From the IMG/VR virus record IMGVR_UViG_3300007735_000799, positions 55,267 through 119,266 of that record: a stretch of 64,000 nt of DNA. One strand, given 5' to 3'. Below the pieces are notes generated by a model that searched no databases, was not told the origin of the DNA, and saw only the letters and a list, made by a program, of their open reading frames with translations. Within the stretch, counting starts at the first letter, position 1; every line of letters begins with the position of its first letter. The position numbers and the translations under genes are program-made. Source of the DNA: a virus. Positions 17,768 through 26,015 of this stretch are shown piece by piece.

Positions 17768-18487
17768 TTATTTAGGCTTTGTAGTAAACGGGGACGCTTC
17801 ACCCCACCAAGCCAAGGTGCAGTTCGCCATTTCAGGTCGGGGAGAAGGCATTGGATACAGTTTCGCTCCCATGCTACCGGCTAATCGCTTGGCTATGGTA
17901 TTGTAGATTACCGCACGAACCGGTCGAGCGTTCGGCTTTGTGCCCCAAAAGATGCCTTCAGGGTTTTTTTTCTGTTTAAAATCTTTCACAATTTCAATAA
18001 TGGTTCCAAACACTCGGGTGACATGAGCGGTATCCGTTCCGCCTAAATCATCGTCTGTGCCTTGGTCAAAGCCGGAGCCGTTTGTGTCTACATAAGTGCC
18101 GAAGCCTAGTTCCCACATAGACTCAAACACCGGCAAAGCGATTTTAGGTCTGATTTCCGCTGAGAAATTTGCTCTGGCTAAACCACGATTGATTCTTCGC
18201 ATGCCTTCAAAGGCTGTAGTTCCCCGATGCTGAGTAAAGGTGACTACAACGCGCTGACGCAAGCCGGGATTCTCGGCTCGGTGCTGCGTCATTATGCGAT
18301 CTGTGGTGGCTATGGATCGTGGCACACCTGGCGTGAAGTTTGGGCCAGGATCAGGCTGCCAATCTGTACTGCCTGCGGGTTTTATCACATCAAATCGGTA
18401 ATCGTATGTTGCGCCACCTGAAGTGAAAAGCCGCCACGGATAAGATCGTTCAAAGATTTCTGTGATGTAAGATTCAAAGTATTTCAT
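17768..18487 (-). CDS. Candidate internal head protein (paralog of 40902..41402)
   Basis: MKYFESYITEIFERSYP; VFGTIIEIVKDF...P.GI.W...R..IY. Confidence 0.6.
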   Translation of the reverse strand: MKYFESYITEIFERSYPWRLFTSGGATYDYRFDVIKPAGSTDWQPDPGPNFTPGVPRSIATTDRIMTQHRAENPGLRQRVVVTFTQHRGTTAFEGMRRINRGLARANFSAEIRPKIALPVFESMWELGFGTYVDTNGSGFDQGTDDDLGGTDTAHVTRVFGTIIEIVKDFKQKKNPEGIFWGTKPNARPVRAVIYNTIAKRLAGSMGAKLYPMPSPRPEMANCTLAWWGEASPFTTKPK

Positions 18488-18494
18488 TTGTAGG

Positions 18495-18501
18495 TATTTA
18501 G
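18495..18501 (-). promoter_or_regulatory. T4-like late promoter box
   Basis: CTAAATA 7 nt upstream of ATG 18487, heading the payload operon. Confidence 0.6.
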
Positions 18502-18526
18502 AAAAAACAAACCTCCTTGCGGAGGT
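18502..18526 (-). terminator. Rho-independent terminator
   Basis: ACCUCC-GCAA-GGAGGU followed by UUGUUUUUU. Confidence 0.75.
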
Positions 18527-18570
18527 GTGTTTTCAAAAGTTAAATTTAATTCAGGTGAATTAATTCTCAG

Positions 18571-19035
18571 TTAACGAGTATCAGTAGGAATATCGTTTGT
18601 TGCATTCTCTAAACATATTTTTAAATGTGCTTCAATCTCTAAAAGTAGACGGTTATGGGCGGAGTTGATACTCTGTACTGCTTCTTCATATTTTTTCCAA
18701 GCATCTTCTATGTCTTTATTATATTTTTCGTCACATTTCTCTATAGTCCAATTAGGATAATCAGTTATAGCCCAGATTGACTTACATTCAATATAGGTTG
18801 CATATGCTTTTATCAATCTCTGCTTAAGGAAATACGCCGCGTTTTTCAAAATTTCCTGACGACCGATTTCCAACTGATTTATGTCTCTGTTGGCCTTTTC
18901 AAAACATAGTTCAATACTCATTTTACGCTGCCACCACGGAACACGATCTATATCAGAGAGAACTATAGGCGCGTCGTAATCGACTCGTTGATTTAAGTAC
19001 GGATAATTGGTATTTGTGTTTGGTTTTATAGCCAT
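18571..19035 (-). CDS. Helical Cys-containing protein, paralog A
   Basis: Start MAIKPNTNTNYPYLN; shares its 5' DNA with 19068..19532. Confidence 0.6.
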   Translation of the reverse strand: MAIKPNTNTNYPYLNQRVDYDAPIVLSDIDRVPWWQRKMSIELCFEKANRDINQLEIGRQEILKNAAYFLKQRLIKAYATYIECKSIWAITDYPNWTIEKCDEKYNKDIEDAWKKYEEAVQSINSAHNRLLLEIEAHLKICLENATNDIPTDTR

Positions 19036-19067
19036 TTGGTGTAATTTCCCGTACCGATATTCATCAG

Positions 19068-19532
19068 TTAAGCAGTAGGCCCTTGTGTTCCTTGTGCCTT
19101 CTTTAAACAAGAGTATAAAATTTTGTAATTCGACAGTTCCTCTAGAGCCGTCTGTTTTCCAATCGACTCTATTCCTCTTTCATATTGTTCTGCCGCCTCA
19201 TTTATTAGTTTATCTTTTTGTTTCTTACATTCGGCTATAGACGGTCGGTTAGGATTCGATAAAGGAAGTTGCCTGATTGTAATACACTCAAAATAGATTT
19301 TATATGCTTTTGAGATATCCTCCTTGTACAATGCTTTGTAGTATTTGATGCGGCGGTAATAGTTTGTTTGTGTCTCTAATTGTAAATTATAGAATGTATC
19401 AAAACACTTCTCTATCTCTTCTTTAAAGCGCGTATCAGTATCCTGATCCTGAGAACCAACATCTTCCAAGGCATCTTGATCTGATTCATTTAAGTACGGA
19501 TAATTGGTATTTCTTTCTGGTTTTATACCCAT
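19068..19532 (-). CDS. Helical Cys-containing protein, paralog B
   Basis: Start MGIKPERNTNYPYLN; ATAAATA upstream. Confidence 0.6.
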   Translation of the reverse strand: MGIKPERNTNYPYLNESDQDALEDVGSQDQDTDTRFKEEIEKCFDTFYNLQLETQTNYYRRIKYYKALYKEDISKAYKIYFECITIRQLPLSNPNRPSIAECKKQKDKLINEAAEQYERGIESIGKQTALEELSNYKILYSCLKKAQGTQGPTA

Positions 19533-19824
19533 TTGGTGGAATTTCCCTTCCCGTAAACAGATATTTATTCAAAAGTTAAATTCAACCTGGTTTTAGGGTT
19601 TGGGCCACCGCGTGTTTAGGGCGATTTTCAGGAAACCGAATGGTTATAGGTTTTAGGGGGTGGGGGCCGACTTTCTACGCGGACGCGATATAATTTTTCC
19701 CACTCGGGGTTTACTTGTATGGGAACCCATGCGTTTCTAAACTAAAGTGGGGGCCCCTTTTTTCTGGCGGAAATAAAAAAACCTCGCCATTGCTGACGAG
19801 GTTCTCTGTAAATCTATTCAGTTT

Positions 19825-20286
19825 TCAGAAGGGAGGCAGCGTATCGGTACGATCATCAGGATCCTCGGGAATATCCTGGTCATCAATATCATCCGTCATG
19901 CCTTCAATCTGCTTGTTCATATCTTGAATCATCTGTTCAATCTTATCAATCAGATCGTCCTTCATGTTGGTTGTACCGTCCCAAGGAAAGAAAAATACTT
20001 CGTTTACTCCCTTGCTAGGCTTTGGCTTGGCTTCCTTGATGATGTTTCCACCCTTGAAAATCTTGCCAGTACTTTCCGAGTAGATGGTTTCAATCTCTTC
20101 AGGAGTCTTAGCCTTGATGATGCGAGCCGTGGCTTCCATCATGCAGGTATCGGTATTAGTCATAGCCACACCTGCTCGCTGAAGCACTACACTCAGATGA
20201 TCGTGACTCAAGCAAACCTGATAAAGTTTACTTGCAAGCAGTTTGTTTTGCATTTCCAAACGACGCACACGCTTTTCAGTATCCAT
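19825..20286 (-). CDS. Hypothetical coiled-coil protein with acidic tail
   Basis: 153-aa ORF with AAGGAA RBS. Confidence 0.6.
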   Translation of the reverse strand: MDTEKRVRRLEMQNKLLASKLYQVCLSHDHLSVVLQRAGVAMTNTDTCMMEATARIIKAKTPEEIETIYSESTGKIFKGGNIIKEAKPKPSKGVNEVFFFPWDGTTNMKDDLIDKIEQMIQDMNKQIEGMTDDIDDQDIPEDPDDRTDTLPPF

Positions 20287-20288
20287 TT

Positions 20289-20696
20289 TTAATTCCTTTC
20301 GTGAATCCAGCGAAGGGCTTCAGCAAACGCTGCTGATTCCTGTTCAAGTGTCCAATCCAAGTCTCGTGTCCACCATTTAACCAGCCAGTATTTATGAGTT
20401 TCTCCCAGATGGCGGGTAATAGTGGTGTTATATCGGGCTGAGGGGAATTTTGAATTCGGGTCAGCAGGTGTACATTGAACCATTACCTTCTCTCCCCGAC
20501 CCCACGGTGAAATCACCAAGGCTCCTTCGGTATGAGCCAGTAATTCAAGTTCAGGATCTGTGGACTCTACCTCTACACACCACAAGGCAGGAGTTAACTC
20601 GTGGCACTCGGCTCGGGTGACGGGAACTGACGCACGGGTGATGTTAAGGTTTACTTGCACTAGACGCCTTTTGTTGGAAATGTTGATGCAGACCAC
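20289..20696 (-). CDS. Hypothetical protein
   Basis: 135-aa ORF in operon. Confidence 0.5.
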   Translation of the reverse strand: MVCINISNKRRLVQVNLNITRASVPVTRAECHELTPALWCVEVESTDPELELLAHTEGALVISPWGRGEKVMVQCTPADPNSKFPSARYNTTITRHLGETHKYWLVKWWTRDLDWTLEQESAAFAEALRWIHERN

Positions 20697-20949
20697 TTAA
20701 CTCATCAGGACGCAAGATTCTGCAACACCAATACGGTGAGTTGTAAGAATCCATAGCAGCGTTCCATGCACGACGCAATTTCTCTCGCGTGGGATACGGA
20801 ATGGTTCGCTCCACGGCAGTCAAGGAATTTGTTTTAAAAATTGACATAACAAACCGTTGCTGTCTAGGACGGGTTTGAATTCGGAACTGACGCACAAACT
20901 GATCGCCGGTGGGATTGTGAACCGCAATCATGTAGTAGTATTCAATCAT
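20644..20949 (-). CDS. Hypothetical protein
   Basis: 101-aa ORF, ATGA coupling. Confidence 0.5.
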   Translation of the reverse strand: MIEYYYMIAVHNPTGDQFVRQFRIQTRPRQQRFVMSIFKTNSLTAVERTIPYPTREKLRRAWNAAMDSYNSPYWCCRILRPDELSGLHQHFQQKASSASKP

Positions 20950-21197
20950 GTGGTATACACAACATCGTTAAATTTCCTGTCAATAATTGCGCCTTGCGAC
21001 ACAATTAAATCCCAAAGTTTCCGAGCGGGTTCTCGTGTGTGAATAGCACACTGACGAGTTTTAATTAGATTACCCACCTCCCATGAAATCACGGTAATCT
21101 CGTTCGGATCAGCCTCGGATTGTTCAAATCGCCAGTTGTACAGCACACCTTGCGACCGATGCTCTAACGCCCAAATGTTTCGCTTGAAAAGCCTCAC
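20946..21197 (-). CDS. Small protein, W-x-x-L-x-x-x-G helix family
   Basis: REPARKLWDLIVSQGA. Confidence 0.6.
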   Translation of the reverse strand: MRLFKRNIWALEHRSQGVLYNWRFEQSEADPNEITVISWEVGNLIKTRQCAIHTREPARKLWDLIVSQGAIIDRKFNDVVYTT

Positions 21198-23578
21198 GAC
21201 AGCACCACCTTCTTGCTGCTCGCAGGCTTCGCCATCAGATCCACGAGGCGGGTGCAGAGCAGACGATTGTTGCCTGCCTTCTCCACGCTAGCCGCGAACG
21301 CCTTGGCAAGCGTAGCCTTGGTGGCCGACGCCGTGGGAATACTGTCAAACGGATCAGTCTCGTCCAACTTAGGATTCGGCACAGCGAACCACACCGTGTG
21401 ACCGTGAACACCCTGAGCCGTCAGGAAGCCGTCACGCTTGCTCTGCTCAAGGCACTTATCCTGCTGCTCACCCGTGAGACCTGAGTAACGCAGCAGACCC
21501 TTGAACTCACGCTTCGCGGTGATAGAGATGCCCACAGAGTTGAGACCCGCGACACGCTTACGCAGCAGTTCATTCATCGCGGCTACATCACGGCTACCGT
21601 TGGTGCGAACACGCAGACCCGTGACAGGATCAATCAGTTCGCTGCCTGCGGTGTTCCAACCGGTGTAGTTGCTCACAGGATTCGCCACCTCGTCTGAGCC
21701 GTAGTAATTCTTCTTGCCGGTAGCCTTGCCGCGAGCGTACACACGATCACTCGGCTGTCCGTCCGTGAGCGTCACGAAGTGAACAATCTGAAGCGCGTGC
21801 TGACGCTTGAACTGTTCCACCACGGTGAGAGCCGCAGCGGTAGCCGCCACGGTCGGGGTGGAGTTCAACTGAAACAGACGCATCGCCGCCTTGTACTCCT
21901 CGTCAGTACCCCAACGACCGTTGGTGTTGTACACGCTGTAGTTACGAGCAGAATCAAACGCCGCCATCAAGCCACCTGCGGTGACGCGCCAATCGCGCTC
22001 CGACAGACCCTTGGTGCTGACAATGTGAATCAGACGCATGCTGGTTTCAAGATCAGCACGATTGGTTTCCGAATCCTTGAAAACCCAAGGAGACTTGATA
22101 TTGCCAGTCTCGTCCTTGCCCATCCACACCGAGCCACAACCGTCGCTGAATCCGTACACATCGCACGGAATGTTGCTGCGACGACACCACGCAGCCAGCA
22201 TCAGCATCTGACGAATGGTTTCACCCATGATGCTTGCCATGCTGCCCGAGAAGTCCACGAAGATCACGATGCCGTGCGACTGACCGTTACGCACCGTGGT
22301 GTTCTGAAGAAAGATATCGTCGGAAATCTTGTAACTCCACAGACGGTTCACATCAATGCTACCGGTATCCGCCACGCTAGTGCGAGCCGAAGCATCCGCC
22401 GCCATGCGACGAATAAACTCCTGCTGCATGATGCTCACATCACGACGGCTCGTGCTTTCCCACTTGGCAAGCAGCGTAGCACCATCGCACAAGGCGTTGA
22501 ACTTCTCAAGAACCGGCAGCACCTTGGTGCGGAACGCAATCACGCCGATCTTGGTGTCAAACGCAGGCATGGTGATCGGCATGAAGTACTGCGCCTTGTC
22601 GTCACGGAAGCCGTTGCTAGCGGTCTGCATCACGCTGTCGGTTTCAGCAGCGGTCGGCTCACGATCCGTATCGCTAGGCATACCCTGAGCATCCGAAGTC
22701 TCGTTGCCCGCAGCGTCCTGACCTTCGCTCTTGGCGCGCTTCGCCTTGCTCTGGTCACCCTTGCTCTCGGTCTGCTCCTCGCCCTTGCTGTCATTGTTGT
22801 TCTTCTGGCTCTTGCTCTCGCCAGCGTCCGTGTTCTTGTTCGGCTCGCGGGTGCTGCTGCTGCCCTGCGGGTTGTCCTGCTGCTGACCCTCTTCGCCAGC
22901 CGCACCCTCGTTGCCTTCAGCACCTTCGCCACCCTGCTGACCCTGCTCCTGCTCCTGCGGCTGAGGCTCGGCGTTCTCCTGCTCGCGCTGCATCTCCCAA
23001 ATGCGGTGAGCCACATCGATCACATCGTCAAAAGTCTTCGTGGTTTCCACAGCCTGCACCACGGTCAACTCCTCAGCAGTGAACGGCACAGTAACCCACG
23101 CGCCCCACTTGTAGTGAATGTTCACGCGATCAATCAGACGCATCTCGCCCACCTTGCTGAACAGATCAACAAACAGCGGGTGCTGCATCAGTTCCTTGTA
23201 GCCGTTGAAGAACGAACGACGCAGGCCCGGCAGACGGGTCTTCATCAGACGCTCAATTCGGGCATCCTCCACGATGTTGAGAAAGGTCTTCGCCGCGCTG
23301 CTACCGTTGCGGGTATCCACCTTGCGAATAGCGTCCATCAGCGGCTGAACGCCAGCCGGAGTGAACAGAGCGTGACCCGTTTCGTGACCCGCGAGCATAT
23401 CGTACAGGTCGCTGCTCATGCCCTTCCAACACGGGAACACGAGGCGGCGGCTCTCGGTGTCAAAGTAGGCGGTTTGTGCGTTCGGCACATGCTCCACGGT
23501 GATGTTTTCCGTCGCCATAAGACGAGCGAGAATGGCCTTGGAGTCGAGAACGGTGCGGTTGAGAGTACTTGTGGTCAT
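21194..23578 (-). CDS. CobT-like protein: HExxH metallopeptidase-like domain, acidic linker, VWA/MIDAS domain
   Basis: AGHETGH...EDARIE; Q/E-rich linker; DFSGSM, LNSTP and TDG MIDAS elements. Confidence 0.85.
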   Translation of the reverse strand: MTTSTLNRTVLDSKAILARLMATENITVEHVPNAQTAYFDTESRRLVFPCWKGMSSDLYDMLAGHETGHALFTPAGVQPLMDAIRKVDTRNGSSAAKTFLNIVEDARIERLMKTRLPGLRRSFFNGYKELMQHPLFVDLFSKVGEMRLIDRVNIHYKWGAWVTVPFTAEELTVVQAVETTKTFDDVIDVAHRIWEMQREQENAEPQPQEQEQGQQGGEGAEGNEGAAGEEGQQQDNPQGSSSTREPNKNTDAGESKSQKNNNDSKGEEQTESKGDQSKAKRAKSEGQDAAGNETSDAQGMPSDTDREPTAAETDSVMQTASNGFRDDKAQYFMPITMPAFDTKIGVIAFRTKVLPVLEKFNALCDGATLLAKWESTSRRDVSIMQQEFIRRMAADASARTSVADTGSIDVNRLWSYKISDDIFLQNTTVRNGQSHGIVIFVDFSGSMASIMGETIRQMLMLAAWCRRSNIPCDVYGFSDGCGSVWMGKDETGNIKSPWVFKDSETNRADLETSMRLIHIVSTKGLSERDWRVTAGGLMAAFDSARNYSVYNTNGRWGTDEEYKAAMRLFQLNSTPTVAATAAALTVVEQFKRQHALQIVHFVTLTDGQPSDRVYARGKATGKKNYYGSDEVANPVSNYTGWNTAGSELIDPVTGLRVRTNGSRDVAAMNELLRKRVAGLNSVGISITAKREFKGLLRYSGLTGEQQDKCLEQSKRDGFLTAQGVHGHTVWFAVPNPKLDETDPFDSIPTASATKATLAKAFAASVEKAGNNRLLCTRLVDLMAKPASSKKVVLS

Positions 23579-23584
23579 GCCTTT

Positions 23585-23613
23585 AGTATAGCCTAGAAAG
23601 GGGTTTATGGCAA
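23585..23613 (-). promoter_or_regulatory. sigma70-type promoter, leaderless
   Basis: TTGCCA-17-TATACT-6 nt-ATG(23578). Confidence 0.85.
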
Positions 23614-23925
23614 GTCTATAGGGCGAAAAACGGGGGCCAAAATGCCGATTTTCTCAAATTTTTACCTAAAGTCCGATAACTATACCCCCGTTATTTCATC
23701 AAAAACAGGGCCCTATTACCCGGTAAAGGCCCCCGTGGCAAGGGGCCTACTTATCAAGAATTAAGGTTAAATCTTGAATCCTAAAAAGAACAACCCCTGG
23801 ATTCAAGGTCCAGGGGAGTTCCAAAGGGGGAAGTTTTTCAGTAGCCGAACTGCGGGATGTGGTGGGCGACCACAGGATTCATTTCAATTATACGCCCACC
23901 ACACCCCCACAGGTTAACCACCAAC

Positions 23926-24231
23926 TCAGGCCGAGTAGGTGTAGTAGTTCGGGTAGCCAGCGCGGCGCAGGGTGTTGCGACGGAACGAAGCGCGGTGAGC
24001 CGACTTCTCCTTCAGCGACACCTTCTGATCCCACGCAAAGGTACGGCTCTCGCCGCACTCAAAGCGAACGCGCACCGTGCCCTTGCTAGCGTTGCGAGTG
24101 ATGCTCTCAACAAACAGGCTCGGCTCGCCACGCAGAAGGAACTCATCGCCCTCCAGCATGTTCTGAGCAGCGACGCGGATGCGAGAGGCGATCTTGACAT
24201 TACGACCGTTCGTGGTCATGGTTGCAGACAT
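23926..24231 (-). CDS. Small basic SH3-like protein
   Basis: GGAG RBS; LEGDEF...VRVRFECG pattern. Confidence 0.55.
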   Translation of the reverse strand: MSATMTTNGRNVKIASRIRVAAQNMLEGDEFLLRGEPSLFVESITRNASKGTVRVRFECGESRTFAWDQKVSLKEKSAHRASFRRNTLRRAGYPNYYTYSA

Positions 24232-24534
24232 AGTGACTCCTTAAGTGAATGCGCGAGTGTTTACATTAACTCGCTAGGTTTTGAAAATCCTTAGTGATGA
24301 TTTCTCACCACTAAGGGGTGTGCAGCAGGAGCAAATATACGGCAGAGGGTTTCGCATCATGCTGCTGAGTGCTACTCGCCTTGAGTTCTTGATCCGACGA
24401 CCCGAATTTTAACTCAGTAAATTATATTATTCATGGTTCGTATGTTCCGTTAGGGAAAATCCACCTGTCCTGTTTCCAAGACAGGTGGGGGTGCGACTCA
24501 GATGCCTCACAGGAGTCGCCACTGTCCCTCTACA

Positions 24535-24846
24535 TTAGGCAGTCGCAGCAGCCTCCGAGGGGGTGACAGGGGACTGCGCCCCATTCGCTGCCACGAAAGC
24601 ATCGAATTCCACCCAAGGGAGGGAGTAAACGGCTCGCTGCACAGTGAAGTTCGCCGAGTTCGTCAGCCAAGCAGGCCACCGAAGCGTGTACCCGAAAGGA
24701 CCAGTCTTGCCTTGCCACTTGGTTTGAATATCCAAGAGTGCCTTGCGTGTCACCGTGGTGGTGCGACCAAACTCCTGTTCAAACTGAGCCATGAAGTTGG
24801 CTTGACGCTTGTTCAGACGAATCGTGATGTTGTTGGTGTTGCTCAT
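24535..24846 (-). CDS. Stand-alone homolog of the N-terminal domain of the MoxR/CobS-like ATPase
   Basis: VTRKAL...WPAWLTN...RAVYSLP versus IDRTTV...NPAWLTN...RGYYRIP in 26016..27296. Confidence 0.6.
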   Translation of the reverse strand: MSNTNNITIRLNKRQANFMAQFEQEFGRTTTVTRKALLDIQTKWQGKTGPFGYTLRWPAWLTNSANFTVQRAVYSLPWVEFDAFVAANGAQSPVTPSEAAATA

Positions 24847-24857
24847 TTGACTCCTTT

Positions 24858-24885
24858 ATTATACCTGATTTCAGGTGAGATGCAA
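24858..24885 (-). promoter_or_regulatory. sigma70-type promoter
   Basis: TTGCAT-16-TATAAT, followed by AAAGGAG RBS. Confidence 0.7.
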
Positions 24886-24925
24886 GAGGCTAGGACTGAT
24901 TTTGCCTCAGATTCTTTTTTTAAAT

Positions 24926-25270
24926 TCAGTCCTCGCATTCCACATCCACGATTTCAGAATCGCGGAACAAATGTTGAATGCCGTTGTCGGTAATTCCACT
25001 CAGGAGAAACTCAACTTCAGTTTCCTTGAGATACGGAAAGTAAAGTGCAGCAGGCTTCAAGGGTGATTCAAGATTTCGCCAAGCCTGCCAGTCTGCGGTT
25101 TCCACTGTAACCGAGAACCATTCACCGGTAACTGGACACTTTCTAGTTACAGTATGCGGTTCCGTGAATTGGCGTGCCACGGGCGTCGCGGGCGTTAACG
25201 CCTTCTTCTCTGCAAGTTCAGTTTTCGCTGCGGTGATACGCTGTGCAATTTCAGTTTCCGTCATGCTCAT
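24926..25270 (-). CDS. Hypothetical protein
   Basis: Start MSMTET after AAGGGG; CPVTG motif. Confidence 0.6.
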   Translation of the reverse strand: MSMTETEIAQRITAAKTELAEKKALTPATPVARQFTEPHTVTRKCPVTGEWFSVTVETADWQAWRNLESPLKPAALYFPYLKETEVEFLLSGITDNGIQHLFRDSEIVDVECED

Positions 25271-25292
25271 TTTGATTTCCCCTTTGTTGTGT

Positions 25293-25613
25293 TCAAGACT
25301 GCTTGGCAACCCAAGCGAAGATTTCCACGAGTTCTGTAGCCTGCACCCAACCCTTCACGGTATCGCCGCTTTGAAACGGCACGAGTTCACCTTGAGGATT
25401 AAAGACGCCGACTTCCACAGATTCAAAAGATTGAGTTGTAGACCAGGTGTGCGTGGTGATGTAGGTAAACTTGCCGTTAAGATACGCGGAGTAGATGCCG
25501 TTACCTGCACCAAAGCCGCCTACCCAAGAAACTTCCCATCCGTTGGGAAACTTAAGGCGACCGCGAAACACTCCATCGGTTTCTCGTGCGTGATCGTGGT
25601 TGAATGTAATCAT
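25293..25613 (-). CDS. Conserved phage hypothetical protein
   Basis: KFPNGWEVS...EVGVF...DTVKGW pattern. Confidence 0.65.
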   Translation of the reverse strand: MITFNHDHARETDGVFRGRLKFPNGWEVSWVGGFGAGNGIYSAYLNGKFTYITTHTWSTTQSFESVEVGVFNPQGELVPFQSGDTVKGWVQATELVEIFAWVAKQS

Positions 25614-25683
25614 GGTGGGCCCTGAGGGGCGGGGAGGACCGAAGTCCTCCCCTCCGCACGAAGCGGTTAACCCCTCACCAGGA

Positions 25684-25938
25684 TTAGGCGAGAGCCACGG
25701 TCACCTGAGCCGCGTCCATGCCGCTGCCCAGACGCTGATTCCATCGCTGCATCACGATAGGCAGACCCGCTTCGCTGGTCTTGTAGGTGTACGCCACGCG
25801 GTCGCCGATGTAATCAATACCGGCAGACTTGATGTTCGTGCCGCACAGACGCTTGCTGAACGCATCAAACTTGGTCTCGGTGCTGTTATCAAACAGATCC
25901 ACGCTGACGGTCACGAAATACTTGTTGCTGTTACGCAT
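25684..25938 (-). CDS. Hypothetical protein
   Basis: 84-aa ORF with AAGGAA RBS. Confidence 0.6.
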   Translation of the reverse strand: MRNSNKYFVTVSVDLFDNSTETKFDAFSKRLCGTNIKSAGIDYIGDRVAYTYKTSEAGLPIVMQRWNQRLGSGMDAAQVTVALA

Positions 25939-26015
25939 AGTGAGAGTTTCCTTTCAAAGAAACAGGGTTGAGAAGTGAGGAGTGAAACAGGATCAACACG
26001 ATCCTGAAGTTTAGT

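Noticed and set aside
19590-19660. TTTAGGG as a telomere-like repeat
   Set aside because: Only three dispersed copies, not a tandem array; kept only as part of the intergenic k-mer observation
21779-23596. Long plus-strand ORFs in GC-rich blocks (605 aa at 21779..23596, 293 aa at 9831..10712, others)
   Set aside because: They are antisense shadows of well-supported minus-strand genes in stop-poor GC-rich DNA, with no motifs or RBS
24290-24370. Possible hammerhead ribozyme (ATGATG...CGAAAC)
   Set aside because: The required CUGANGA core is absent on both strands
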